Source: Acidobacteriota bacterium
GTDB lineage: Bacteria; Acidobacteriota; UBA6911; RPQK01; G965248645
Direction: 5' to 3'
Assembly (NCBI GenBank): GCA_965248645.1
Contig: OZ252113.1
Coordinates: forward strand, 1,782,590-1,846,589
DNA: 64,000 nt
In this document: piece after piece, positions 1-9,992 of the stretch
How positions within the stretch are numbered: position 1 is the stretch's first letter
How the letters are laid out: each line of letters opens with the position of its first letter
The notes under the pieces: model-generated
Databases searched by the model: none
What the model was told of the DNA's origin: nothing
Seen by the model: only the letters and a program-made list of their open reading frames with translations
Program-made: the position numbers and the translations under genes

Positions 1-1594
1 TTGGGATGGAGATGGCCGGGTCGACCTCGCGGTGGTGAGTGACTTCAAAAAAAAGAGCGGAGAATACTTTACCGATCCTCGAACCAGGGTTAGCCCAGAA
101 GACCAACGCCATCGCTACGAGAAGAATGGGAGATGGATTGGAGTGAGCGCTACTCCCGTTTTACGTTTGTACCGTAACACTAGCCACAACGGACAACTTG
201 TGTTTAGCGCTATGGGAAAGGTGGAGTTGGAACTGCCGGCCCATACCGTGTGGGTCTCTGTTGTAAATCCGCATGATCCCAAGGCCGGGTTACTGCTGCT
301 CACCTACTATGGCCGGCTCTACCATTTTCCACTCGTCGAATCAGGCGAGCAACCAAGGTGGGGCGCGATTGCTGAGCTATTCACGTTGCACAACGAGCCT
401 TTCAACCGGTCTACGAACTTTGACATCAGCATTGGGGTCGCTGACGTGCTTGAGCCGGGTCGATTCGATATCTTCGCGGGTGACCGTTCCCAGTCTCCCT
501 CATGGTGTCGTTACTATGGGAAGGGCGCGGCTGGACGCCCGATATACGGTTCACCAAAGAGAATCAAGCAGCGTAACCCACACGTCGGAAACAGCTTTTC
601 CAGCGTGCCCACGGTTGGCGACTGGTGGGATATAGGCATCCCTGATCTTTTGGTCGGAGGGGTCGAGGGTTACATCCTATGGTACAAGATTCTCTCTACC
701 GATCCTCTCCGATTCGCTTTACCGGAGCGAGTACGCTCCGGGACTACGGAAATTCGACGTCTGGCAAGGCCAAAACCTTCGGCTGGTCACCATTGGGGCG
801 GCTCACAAGGGCCTTACGATGGTGACATCGGGGGATATAGCAATCCAGTGCTGGCGGATTGGGACGGTGACGGGCTATTGGATCTGGTCGTCAGCGACAT
901 GGTGGGTCTTTACGACTGGTACCCAAACTGGGGCACCAAGGTGCAACCTGAACTGGGCCCGCCCCAGCGACTGCATCTGAATGAGGGAGAACCGCTCTTT
1001 GGTCCATGGCGTCAACAGCCCGGCATTGGCTACTTCACGGGAGGGGATTTACCTGACATCGTAATCCAAGATCGGGATCTTGACTTAGCGCTCTTCCGTC
1101 GAGCTGGAAAGAAGGACTTGTCGGCCTTGCGACCAGGGAAGAAACTACGCTACGAGGACGGGAAGACCATTAAGACTCACGGGGTCTACAATTCTAGGGG
1201 TGGCGATGGCCGGGGAAGGACCAAGATCAACGTGGTCGATTGGGACGGAGATGGGCTTCTGGATCTGTTGTTGGGAGTAGGACCACAGCCCCGCAGTCCC
1301 TATCGCGGCAGTTATGTCCTGTTCACTAAGAACGTGGCAACCAACAAGGATCCAGTCTTTCGGCGACCAACGATACTACTCTGGGATGATGACGGTCAGC
1401 CGTTAGAATTTTGGCGGCACGGCGTTCACATGGCTCCAGTTGACTGGGATGGTGATGGTAAGTACGAACTGGTGGCGGGTGCAGACCAAGGGCAGATATG
1501 GTACTGGAAACCGGAGAGCTACGGAAAGCCTTCCAGCGGTGACCCGGTGGCGCCGCTACGGCCTTTGACGGAAGAGGGGCTAGGTAGGGACTAG
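1..1594 (+). CDS. FG-GAP/VCBS-repeat beta-propeller protein, 5-prime partial (reading frame open from base 2 at the window edge)
   Basis: The translation carries repeated DWDGDG(L/K)LDLVV-type motifs at least 5 times, typical of FG-GAP/VCBS repeats. The frame at base 2 (WDGDGRVDLAVVSD) is continuous with ORF 32..1594. Confidence 0.6.
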   Translation, partial: WDGDGRVDLAVVSDFKKKSGEYFTDPRTRVSPEDQRHRYEKNGRWIGVSATPVLRLYRNTSHNGQLVFSAMGKVELELPAHTVWVSVVNPHDPKAGLLLLTYYGRLYHFPLVESGEQPRWGAIAELFTLHNEPFNRSTNFDISIGVADVLEPGRFDIFAGDRSQSPSWCRYYGKGAAGRPIYGSPKRIKQRNPHVGNSFSSVPTVGDWWDIGIPDLLVGGVEGYILWYKILSTDPLRFALPERVRSGTTEIRRLARPKPSAGHHWGGSQGPYDGDIGGYSNPVLADWDGDGLLDLVVSDMVGLYDWYPNWGTKVQPELGPPQRLHLNEGEPLFGPWRQQPGIGYFTGGDLPDIVIQDRDLDLALFRRAGKKDLSALRPGKKLRYEDGKTIKTHGVYNSRGGDGRGRTKINVVDWDGDGLLDLLLGVGPQPRSPYRGSYVLFTKNVATNKDPVFRRPTILLWDDDGQPLEFWRHGVHMAPVDWDGDGKYELVAGADQGQIWYWKPESYGKPSSGDPVAPLRPLTEEGLGRD

Positions 1595-1769
1595 CAGACT
1601 CGTCTTCGAGGCTGCATTTCTGAGGCCCTTAGCGGAATTTTCCATTCTCGTATTAAGGGGAATGTATTAAGGTTCCGTGTGATCAGATTAGCGACAGTGG
1701 GAATGGAGCATGATAACCTTTTGGCAGCAGGTTTCTGAAGTGAGAAAGAATCTGGGAGGAGACATTTCA

Positions 1770-2876
1770 ATGGTCAATCGCCGAAAAGTATTTTTTCCGG
1801 TTTTGTTTGGGATCAGCCTAAACATTGGGAATTGGGGTTGTAATCGTTCGAGTGAATCGGTGGAAAGGGCCCTACCAGTTGGTGAAGTTGTCCAGATTAA
1901 GGCACCTTTGGGGTTGCCTCCGGTTCCCATTCCAGTGGACAATCCGCCCACAGCGAAGACGATTTCCCTGGGCCGCCGTCTTTTCTATGATCCAATTTTG
2001 TCAGTGGATCATACCGTCGCCTGCGCTACATGCCATGATCCGGATTCCGGTTTTTCAGATGCAAGACCCGTTTCTGAGGGAGTCAAGGGTGAGAAGGGTG
2101 GGCGTAATGCGCCGACGGTTTTCAACGTTGCCTATTACAACACTCAGTTCTGGGACGGACGAGTGCCCAATCTGGAAAAGCAGGCGGAAGGACCGGTGCA
2201 AAATCCAATTGAAATGGGTCACGATCTGAAAGGGGTTGAGAAACGATTGGCAGCCGATCCCTCTTATCGGGCTGCCTTCGAGAAGGCATTCGGTCCGGGT
2301 ACTGTGACATATGGGAAGGTTGCCAAGGCCATTGCTTCATTCGAGCGGACGGTGATCAGCGGTAACTCGGCCTTTGATCGCTATTTCTATGGTGGTGATG
2401 AAAAAGCTCTGAGTGAAGTTGCCAGGCGTGGTATGGATATTTTTCGCGATTCGAATAAAGGCAATTGTACCGCCTGTCATCCGGTCGGCTTATTTACGGA
2501 TAACGCGTTTCATAACATCGGTATTGGAGTCGACGAGGAAGGTAAACTGGCGGACTTGGGCCGCTATGAAGTGACCAAAAGGGAGCGCGATCAGGGAGCC
2601 TTCAAGACTCCATCGCTGCGCAACATAGCGTTAACGGCACCCTACATGCACGACGGTAGCTTGAAAACGCTGGCAGATGTCGTTGATTTCTATGTGGGCG
2701 GAGGCAATTCCAACCCTCAGTTGGATCCTCAATTAAAGGAGTTGACTCCCATCTCAGAGATAGGGAAGGTTAATTGGGAGCGTACCGATCTGGTGGCTTT
2801 TCTGGAGTCCTTAACTGGTGAAGTCCCTTCCGAGGTAGGGCCACTAAAACCCTTAGAAGCGGAAGCCAGTCCATGA
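1770..2876 (+). CDS. di-haem cytochrome c peroxidase (CcpA/MauG family)
   Basis: There are two CxxCH haem motifs (CATCHDP and CTACHPV). The block GGRNAPTVFN..QFWDGR and the MHDGS motif are conserved in bacterial CCPs. I prefer the start at 1770 (MVNRRK, GGAGG 8 nt upstream) over 1710, because it gives a signal-peptide-like N-terminus. Confidence 0.85.
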   Translation: MVNRRKVFFPVLFGISLNIGNWGCNRSSESVERALPVGEVVQIKAPLGLPPVPIPVDNPPTAKTISLGRRLFYDPILSVDHTVACATCHDPDSGFSDARPVSEGVKGEKGGRNAPTVFNVAYYNTQFWDGRVPNLEKQAEGPVQNPIEMGHDLKGVEKRLAADPSYRAAFEKAFGPGTVTYGKVAKAIASFERTVISGNSAFDRYFYGGDEKALSEVARRGMDIFRDSNKGNCTACHPVGLFTDNAFHNIGIGVDEEGKLADLGRYEVTKRERDQGAFKTPSLRNIALTAPYMHDGSLKTLADVVDFYVGGGNSNPQLDPQLKELTPISEIGKVNWERTDLVAFLESLTGEVPSEVGPLKPLEAEASP

Positions 2877-3069
2877 CTCTGAGGTTGGGGAATAGCGGTT
2901 GGCTGGGGATTTTTCTCTGTGACCGGAACCGACCTTCGAGTTGTTGCTTTGGGCTGATTGGTCATCGTGCGGGTTCTAAAGAAGCCCTGCAGTGTCTGGC
3001 TGTCGAGAGTCTGGAGGCGAAAGAGGGGACCTATGGATACTGACCTGCCCCCACGAACGAGTCCACCCT

Positions 3070-3939
3070 CTAAGTTAGACTCGGAGCCATTTGAAGTGCC
3101 CTGCACGGGATAGAACTGAACTCCTGAGACCTAGGTAGTTTGGCCTCTGGCGCCGGCGGCCGATAGGCCAAGGCGCTGTGAGGCCGGACCTGATTGTAAT
3201 CCCTTCGCCAGCGTTCTACCAACACCTTGGCTTCCCCAAGCGTGTCGAAGATCTCCATGTTCAGCAGCTCATCCCGTAGTTTCCCGTTGAAACTCTCAAT
3301 GTACCCATTCTCCCAGGGGCTGCCCGGCTCGATGTACAAGGTCCTTACCCCAACAGCCTGCAGCCAGTCCCGGACCGCCTGTGCCGTAAACTCTGATCCG
3401 TTATCGGACCGGATAAACTCAGGCACTCCCCGATCAACGAATAACTCCGCCAACCGGTCCAACACGTCTTGGTGATTCATCTGCCGTTTCACATCAATGG
3501 CGAGGCACTCTCTGGTGTACTCATCCAGGATCTTCAATAGCCGAAAGTCTCGCCCATCATGGGTCCGTTCATGCACGAAATCATAGCTCCAGACGTGGTT
3601 TTTGCGAGCCGCTCGTAACCGAACACAGGAACCGTCATTAAGCCACAGTCTCCTTCGTTTCGGCTGTCTGGACGGGACTTTCAGCCCTTCTTGTCTCCAC
3701 AGCCTCTCCACCCGCTTAGGATTCACCTTCCACCCTTCCCCATGAAGTATCGCCGTGACCCGCCGGTAGCCATAACGCCCGTATTGCGTAGCCAACTCCA
3801 CCATCCGGGCCACCAATCGGGCCTCATCATCGGGAATTTGCCTTTCCCTTCGCTGGGTCGATCGAACCTGTCCCAGCACTTGGCAGGCCCGGCGTTCGGA
3901 GACTCGCTCTGCTCCTAATCGCTCTCGTACCCACATCAC
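3070..3939 (-). CDS. IS3 transposase OrfB (DDE integrase core); likely expressed as an OrfAB fusion by -1 frameshifting
   Basis: The rve-type integrase core is recognisable (..[51 protein letters not shown]), with the DDE residue context conserved. Confidence 0.85.
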   Translation of the reverse strand: MMWVRERLGAERVSERRACQVLGQVRSTQRRERQIPDDEARLVARMVELATQYGRYGYRRVTAILHGEGWKVNPKRVERLWRQEGLKVPSRQPKRRRLWLNDGSCVRLRAARKNHVWSYDFVHERTHDGRDFRLLKILDEYTRECLAIDVKRQMNHQDVLDRLAELFVDRGVPEFIRSDNGSEFTAQAVRDWLQAVGVRTLYIEPGSPWENGYIESFNGKLRDELLNMEIFDTLGEAKVLVERWRRDYNQVRPHSALAYRPPAPEAKLPRSQEFSSIPCRALQMAPSLT

Positions 3940-3962
3940 CGCTCGTCTCCTGTTCGCCGGGC

Positions 3963-4241
3963 CTAGAAGTTTCCCGAGGACACTTCCTTCAGGATCTGCT
4001 TGTCCAAAGACAGATCCGCCACCAGCTTCTTCAACCGGGTATTCTCCTTCTCCAACACCTTCAACCTATTGGCCTGGTCCAACCGGAGCCCTCCATACTC
4101 TTTGCGCCACCGGTAGTAGGTCTGCTCGCTCACCCCCATCTGCTTCGACACCTGTCCCACCCTCTGTCCTTGGGCCAGACCCACCTCTGCCTCACGCAGC
4201 TTCATGATGATCTGTTCTGCCCTAAATCGCTTCCCTGCCAT
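3963..4241 (-). CDS. IS3 transposase OrfA (HTH domain)
   Basis: A 92-aa HTH/leucine-zipper-like product (..[32 protein letters not shown]). It lies upstream of and overlapping orfB in the -1 frame. Confidence 0.85.
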   Translation of the reverse strand: MAGKRFRAEQIIMKLREAEVGLAQGQRVGQVSKQMGVSEQTYYRWRKEYGGLRLDQANRLKVLEKENTRLKKLVADLSLDKQILKEVSSGNF

Positions 4242-4577
4242 CCTTGCCTCCTTCCTAAACCGGAAATCCTAACATTCAAACTGGACTCGTTTTAGGGGGC
4301 AAGGGCAAAGACGTTTTAAATAGACCGGTGGCGGGAGGTATCCCAGATAAAACTACTGTCCCAAAAGCTTTTATTAGGTCTGGAGATGTGGATTCTCTCA
4401 ATGATGGTGGTTGCTTGGTTGATGATTGGAGCAGTGGCTGGCCAACCGGTACCCGACGACCGGGAATAAGTTATCTCCGCGCTACCAATATGGCGGAGCG
4501 AGTTTTAGCGGAGCATATCTCTGTGCGACTGGGATTCCTTCCCTAACTTCCAACGTTGTACCCTGATCTTCTATTTC

Positions 4578-5726
4578 TTGCCGAGCAGGAAATCTTTCAT
4601 GGTTCGAAGCCGTCGACGCCAAACTCTTCCGGGTGGCCGGTTGTCCGTTAACCTGGGTGCCGCTTTCGGACCAGCGATTCTGGTTTGGTTGGTCTTTTAC
4701 GGAGATGTTCTAGCCCAGTGCAACCAGATCCTATTTGCCTCCTCCGGCGATGGAATCAAGAACGATTACACACTTCTCTACCATGTCCTTTACGGGCGTT
4801 CAGCTCTCCTTTTCGAAGGGATGGGATATCCATACGGAGAGCACATTCTCTACACTGATAACCAACCGTTGTTGGCAATTACTCTGCAGTGGATTTCAAG
4901 GAATGTTATTGATCTGAGTCCGGTCTTGCTCGGTATAGTAAACGGCATTGTGCTTATCAGTGCCGTCTTGGCCGCCGCCGTTCTCTACGGGATTCTCCGT
5001 CACTATAGAAGGCCGATTTGGTATGCATGTTTGAGCGCAACGGGGATCGCCTTTCTTCCCCCCCCAGAGCCTTCTCGTTTTGGGCCATTACTCGCTTTCC
5101 TACTGCCCGGCAATTCCCCTCTGCTGGTTGCTGCTTCTGAAGTTCGGGCGGAGAAGATCCTGGATTATGGGAGGACTTCTGGCCTTGAACACCCTCTTTT
5201 GGACCGGATTTCATCCCTACTTCCTTCTCATACTTTCCTTTTTCTTGGTGGTGTTCTGGTGTTTTCAGCTGCTTCTTGGCAGTGGGGTTTCAAACGCAGT
5301 GATCTAGCACATTTTGCTTTTCAATTCGGTCTTCCGCTTTTGATGTTCGCCCTTTTCGTGGGTGTGACTGACCCTGATCTTGGTCAGCGGCCATCGCCCT
5401 TGGGCTATGGGCTCTATCGCGCGACACTACCTGGAATACTCCAGCCGTTTGTTTCTCCGCTGGGTCCAGGACTACTCGTTTGCCTCAATCAATTAGGAAC
5501 CTATGCGGAAGGGTTGTGCTGGGTGGGCGTGGGGGTTTCTGTGTTGTTGGTGCTGGGTTTGTCGACACGCCTCGTGGGTCGCCTTCGCCGACATGGCGTC
5601 AAGTACCTTGGGAGAGGTCTCAGGTTAAGCAACACGACTGTATTGTTGGTGGGAATAGCAGCTGTTGGTCTTTGCGATGGGTTATCCTCCTCGACTTGTC
5701 CCAGAATCGGTGCAGGACTGAGATAA
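4578..5726 (+). CDS. large polytopic membrane protein (possibly GT-C-like); reading frame uncertain around a poly-C tract
   Basis: The 382-aa ORF has many hydrophobic segments. The overlapping alternative-frame ORF 5080..5307 is also strongly transmembrane-like (WIMGGLLALNTLFWTGFHPYFLLILSFFLVVFWCF). A C8 homopolymer at 5058-5065 lies inside the gene. Confidence 0.4.
   Translation: MPSRKSFMVRSRRRQTLPGGRLSVNLGAAFGPAILVWLVFYGDVLAQCNQILFASSGDGIKNDYTLLYHVLYGRSALLFEGMGYPYGEHILYTDNQPLLAITLQWISRNVIDLSPVLLGIVNGIVLISAVLAAAVLYGILRHYRRPIWYACLSATGIAFLPPPEPSRFGPLLAFLLPGNSPLLVAASEVRAEKILDYGRTSGLEHPLLDRISSLLPSHTFLFLGGVLVFSAASWQWGFKRSDLAHFAFQFGLPLLMFALFVGVTDPDLGQRPSPLGYGLYRATLPGILQPFVSPLGPGLLVCLNQLGTYAEGLCWVGVGVSVLLVLGLSTRLVGRLRRHGVKYLGRGLRLSNTTVLLVGIAAVGLCDGLSSSTCPRIGAGLR
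5058..5065 (+). other. C8 homopolymeric tract inside the membrane-protein gene
   Basis: Read directly from the sequence. An alternative transmembrane-like frame begins about 15 bp downstream. Confidence 0.6.
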
Positions 5727-5731
5727 TTCCT

Positions 5732-6481
5732 GTGAAGCAGTTTCGCGCCGTAGGTCGGTTCACGTGGATCTTCTACTATTCGTTCACTGTATTCGCATTC
5801 CACTACGCCTACCTACTATATCGCGCACTCGCCATACGAGGGCATGTCCGCCGGGCCCATTTCTTGTTAGTCGTGCTCTTGACCCTCCAACTCACAGAAG
5901 GGTTTTTTCAAGCTCGTGAGGTCTCCAGGACTATTGCGGCTCAATCGGTTCCATGGGGCGCTGGCCGAGTGCAGAGGAGTGGTCCGCTCCCTGAGTGGAT
6001 CCAACTATTGGAGACCAAACCTTATCAGGCGATCCTTCCCTTGCCCTATTACCATGTAGGGTCAGTGGATTTTTCCTATGTGAGTTCGCCACGCTCCAAG
6101 GTATTTTCCATGCTCAGCTCTTTACAGACGGGGTTGTCCTTGATGGCCGTACAACTCAACCGGCTTCCGGACCACCGTAGGCAAGTCCAGATGTCTGTGG
6201 TGCGCCAGGACGATCGGCTTCCGGAATTAATGAAGGCCGTCGATGATCGGAACGTAATTCTGCTCCTCACGAGTCATGAACCCCTCAAACCGGAAGAGAA
6301 GGATCTGATCGAGCTCGGGAGGTATCTCAAAGGTGACGAGAACGTTGTCCTCTACGAACTTGACCCGGATACTTTGTTCGGCGCCCAGTCCTCCCGGCAG
6401 GGAAAAATCCGCCGCAGGATAACCAAGTCCTGTAGGGAAACACGGCCTGTGGCACTTCTACCCCGGAAGCTCATCCTCTGA
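5732..6481 (+). CDS. hypothetical protein; may be the C-terminal part of the preceding membrane protein (GTG start, or a frameshift fusion)
   Basis: In ORF 5480..6481 the N-terminal about 80 aa read like out-of-frame sequence. Plausible protein sequence begins after the stop of the upstream gene. An in-frame GTG sits at 5732, 6 nt after the upstream TAA. Confidence 0.3.
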   Translation: MKQFRAVGRFTWIFYYSFTVFAFHYAYLLYRALAIRGHVRRAHFLLVVLLTLQLTEGFFQAREVSRTIAAQSVPWGAGRVQRSGPLPEWIQLLETKPYQAILPLPYYHVGSVDFSYVSSPRSKVFSMLSSLQTGLSLMAVQLNRLPDHRRQVQMSVVRQDDRLPELMKAVDDRNVILLLTSHEPLKPEEKDLIELGRYLKGDENVVLYELDPDTLFGAQSSRQGKIRRRITKSCRETRPVALLPRKLIL

Positions 6482-6586
6482 TTTGCGGATTTCACCTTCC
6501 AAGTAGCCAGTTTGGACAGTCGCCACTGGGAGATTGCGAAGGTCGGATGGTATCGCCGTAAACTCTTTCTGCGGCTGATATGAGGG

Positions 6587-7499
6587 ATGTCGGTTATGAG
6601 GAATCCTTTAGAGCTTTTTCAAAAGCTCGTTCCTTACATGTCGTATTGGAAGTTGCTGTCTTTGACTGGCCCTGGAGAATCGCTTCTTAATCCAAAATTA
6701 AGTAAGATTTTTGATCTGGTTCGGAAGAATTCCGACTGTACTTTGCTGATGACGACGAACGGAGTTTTGATTAACGAGCGATTGGCCGAGTTGTTCGTCG
6801 ATTATCAGGTTGATGAAGTATCTATTTCTTTGGATAGTCTCACTAAGAAAATCTTCGAAGAGTTGCGAGTGAATGGTCGCTTCGAGAGGGTCATTCACGG
6901 CATCGATATGCTAAATGAAGAAAAGAAAAGACGAAATAGTGACCGGCTCCGGATCAATCTGACCCCAACATTTATGCGACGGAACATTTCTGAATTACCC
7001 AGCTTTATGCCTTTTGCTAGAAGGAAGATGATCAGCGAAGTGAAGGCCTCCCCGGCACAGATCTATCGTCGCAGCTGGGTTGATGAGTCCTTGCTCCACT
7101 GCCCCCGCTCTAACCCGTAAGATGGCGCTGAAGGCGGAGAAAAAAGCCGAGGAGTTGGGGGTCAAGTTCGTCAATAATCTCAAAATGATCTATGTGGATC
7201 AAGGTCCAAAACTTCTAGGTCTAATGAGACGAAAGGAGGTGTTCGATTTTCCCACAGATCCCTCCGCCTGCATGAAACCTTGGACCAGCATCTACATTGA
7301 ACCAGATGGTGAAGTGCGACCTTGTTGCTATCTGAGCCCTGTGTACGGAAATCTTTACCAGAACGACTTTTTAGATCTATGGAATGGAGAAGGAGCTCAG
7401 GAGCTAAGACGAGCCATGGTGGAGAAGGACCTTCCTCGTTCTTGCCGTGAATGTTACGAGTACAACTGTCATGACGCCTCGATCATGATTCAAGTCTAG
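6587..7499 (+). pseudogene. radical SAM / SPASM-domain enzyme, 5-prime truncated (no CxxxCxxC cluster) and frameshifted near 7080-7120
   Basis: LSLTGPGESLLNP matches the GGE-type SAM-binding motif of radical SAM proteins. The second ORF carries a SPASM-like cysteine pattern (CMKPW..IEPDGEVRPCCYL..GNL....LW.......C..C). An in-frame stop lies immediately upstream of the ATG, and no Fe-S cysteine triad is present upstream in any frame. Confidence 0.55.
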
Positions 7500-7719
7500 C
7501 CACGGATTTTCTTACACCTGGGGGTGGCAGGGAGAGGAAGCGGCAGCCTGATCAAGTATGTGACTGGGGCTGGACACTTGGTTTACTCTGTTGAGAAGGC
7601 GGGGGGAGTGTATGGAACTCAGAGCCCGGTGGTCGGTTCGAGAAGGCCGAATTCGACTAAGCGCGTTGTACAGACTCAGGATAAGCACCGGCATCGGTTG
7701 CTGTGGACTTGAGTGTCAG

Positions 7720-8691
7720 TCACGGGACATCTCCAGCACTGAGATCACGAGGGTTGAAATGGGACGTGTCGGCTAGCTTCTCAAAGAGAGCTTTTTCCTC
7801 TTGGGTTAAGCGAGGTGGGATCACAATACGGATTCTTACATACTGGTCGCCTCGCGCCCCATCCTTCCTCTTGAGACCCTGTCCGCGCAGTCTTAGTCGG
7901 CCACCACCCTGAGTTCCACTGGGTATGCTCATTTCGACTGGGCTATCCAGGGTCGGCACTCTTACCTTTGTTCCTAGCACTGCTTCCCAAGGTGCTAGGA
8001 GTAGTTCGATTTGGACATCATCCCCACCGATCACGGAAAAAATCGGATGATGGGCTATTCGAATACGGAGATAGAGATCTCCAGGTGTGCTGATTCCCGC
8101 GCCTACCTGTCCTTTTCCCGCAAGCCGGAGTACTGATCCATCCCGAGTACCCGGCGGAATCTTCACCGTGAGGCGAGATTGATCGAAAGATTGGAGCGCA
8201 ATGGAAGATCGAGCTCCTTGATGAGCTTGGTCGAGACTGAGTTCGATTTCTGCCTCGACATCCCTCCCGGGCGGAGAGAAGGCAGAGTAGGTCTTGGAGG
8301 CTGGTCGTGCACCGCCGGCCCCTCCAAATATAGCCCGAAAAAAATCGCTTGATTGGCCGGAATCTGTAAACAGGTTACCAAGATCACCACCTTGGGAAAA
8401 CTCTACCCTAAAATCCCGCCTAGGGTCTGGAGGAGTGAAAGCAGCACCGGCTCTCCAGTTGGGTCCCAGGCGGTCATACCGTTTTCTCTTGTCAGAGTCG
8501 GAAAGAACGGCGTAGGCTTCCTGGATATCTTTAAACTTTTCCTCAGCCACCTTGTCCCCGGGGTTGACATCGGGATGGTGTCTACGCACTAGGCGTCGAT
8601 AGATTTTCTTAATCTCGCCTAGACTTGCAGCTCGGCCCACTCCCAGAATTGCATAATAGTCCTGGTATTTGACTGCCATGAGGTATCTCAA
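7720..8691 (-). CDS. DnaJ-domain co-chaperone (CbpA-like: J domain plus DnaJ C-terminal domains, no zinc finger)
   Basis: A canonical J domain is present (DYYAILGVGRAAS..IKKIYRRLVRRHHPDVN..KFKDIQEAYAVLSD..KRKRYD, including HPD). The C-terminal part shows a beta-sandwich DnaJ_C-like repeat. Confidence 0.85.
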   Translation of the reverse strand: MRYLMAVKYQDYYAILGVGRAASLGEIKKIYRRLVRRHHPDVNPGDKVAEEKFKDIQEAYAVLSDSDKRKRYDRLGPNWRAGAAFTPPDPRRDFRVEFSQGGDLGNLFTDSGQSSDFFRAIFGGAGGARPASKTYSAFSPPGRDVEAEIELSLDQAHQGARSSIALQSFDQSRLTVKIPPGTRDGSVLRLAGKGQVGAGISTPGDLYLRIRIAHHPIFSVIGGDDVQIELLLAPWEAVLGTKVRVPTLDSPVEMSIPSGTQGGGRLRLRGQGLKRKDGARGDQYVRIRIVIPPRLTQEEKALFEKLADTSHFNPRDLSAGDVP

Positions 8692-9150
8692 TGAGAGATT
8701 TTATTCCGGGCCAATCATCCTATTCTATACACACACCTTCTTGGTGAACAAGCGAGGGTTAAGTGCAGCATTCCAGAGCTACAGTATGTATACCTACGTG
8801 TCAAGTTCCATCAGATGTTTGTATTTGGATTTCACTGATCCCTAAAAGGAGATTCGTGAACCGGGTCTAAGTGGGTTCTTCCATCGGAAAATCTAGCCAA
8901 CTTAACCAGCCAAGAAAAAGGTTCCCTCGATCATGTTAGCCGAAGAGCAAGCGATGGGCTCTGTTCGCGGCCAATTTTCGCAGGGGGTGTTTCAGCAGAC
9001 CGATGATCCAGTCGCCCAACCCCTTGTAGTGGAGGATTACCTACTTTTCGGTAGCCATCTGCTCAGATGATCCCCCAGCTCGAGGCCACAGATCCCGCAA
9101 AAAAAGGACACTATATGGAGTGAACAAATCTCTACTAAATTGATCGGAAC

Positions 9151-9918
9151 ATGTGGTATACTCAAAACGTGGAAAGGGCGGTGGTCATTAAAGGTCTCTC
9201 ATCGGTGAATCACCAGCTGGCCAAGGTTAAGGCGGTGGAGGTGGTGCGGTGGGGATTCGAGATGTTCGGTCAAGGATTAGTGATGAGCACGAGTTTCGGC
9301 ATCCATTCCAACGTACTGTTGCATTTGATTAGTCAAGAAATACCTCGGATTCCTGTGATTTGGATCGATACCGGTTACCTCCCGCGCGAGACTTACCAAT
9401 TTGCTGAGCAGTTGACTTGCCGGCTGGATCTCAACCTCAAGGTCTACCAATCTCCAATAACGCCAGCCAGAATGGAAGCCCGATTTGGTCGCCTCTGGGA
9501 AATGGATAGCAGTGAACGGATTGGCCGCTATGCGTACATGCGGAAAATAGAGCCAATACAACGCGCATTGCGAGAACTGAGGGCAAAGGCATGGGTAGCG
9601 GGGCTCCGTAGGGAGCAAACTGATAACCGGAAGACAGCCTCGATAGTTGCTAAGGAACCTAGAGTATACAAGATCCTGCCGATACTGAGCTGGACTACTC
9701 TGGATATGGAGCATTATGTGAAAAGATATAAGCTGCTTAGTCACCCACTGCAGGAGAAGGGCTATCGCACGGTCGGTGACTGGCATTCAAGCCGCCCGGT
9801 AGAACTACGTGACAAGGAGAGTCGGGATACTCGATTCAAGGGCAACAAGCAGGAGTGTGGGCTGCACTTGTCGCTGACACGTGAAGAGGAGAGAAGTCTT
9901 GGCTCAAGCTGCTTGTGA
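9151..9918 (+). CDS. cysH: phosphoadenosine phosphosulfate (PAPS/APS) reductase, CysH family
   Basis: The PAPS_reduct fold signature is present ([29 protein letters not shown]), with the C-terminal ECGLH motif. Confidence 0.8.
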   Translation: MWYTQNVERAVVIKGLSSVNHQLAKVKAVEVVRWGFEMFGQGLVMSTSFGIHSNVLLHLISQEIPRIPVIWIDTGYLPRETYQFAEQLTCRLDLNLKVYQSPITPARMEARFGRLWEMDSSERIGRYAYMRKIEPIQRALRELRAKAWVAGLRREQTDNRKTASIVAKEPRVYKILPILSWTTLDMEHYVKRYKLLSHPLQEKGYRTVGDWHSSRPVELRDKESRDTRFKGNKQECGLHLSLTREEERSLGSSCL

Positions 9919-9992
9919 ATCAGAAGGATAAGGCTTTCAAATCGTGCTCCAGAAACACCTGAAAGCCGGGGCTAATCACGGGAAGAAGCGGA

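Larger units (their letters stand above)
3041..4301 (-). mobile_element. IS3-family insertion sequence, copy A (about 1261 bp), with imperfect terminal inverted repeats TGACCTGCCCCCACGAACGAGTCCA / TGCCCCCTAAAACGAGTCCAG ending TG..CA
   Basis: Boundaries come from alignment to the near-identical copy at 62220-63480. Flanking sequence diverges exactly at TG (3041) and CA (4301). orfA and orfB are arranged with a -1 frame relationship, typical of IS3. Confidence 0.85.

Noticed and set aside
4302-4577. Missing C-terminal half of the IS256 transposase relocated next to IS3 copy A by inversion
   Set aside because: Translations of all frames at 4302-4577, and of the other IS3 flanks, show no similarity to the IS256 C-terminal conserved region. 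An inversion cannot be demonstrated from this window.
5501-5803. 100-aa minus-strand ORF and other 60-100 aa ORFs antisense to long genes (for example 8163-8390, 10161-10424, 29107-29469, 47487-48221, 54579-54891)
   Set aside because: They lie inside and antisense to confident long CDSs. They have biased composition (P/R/S-rich) typical of off-frame reads in GC-rich DNA.
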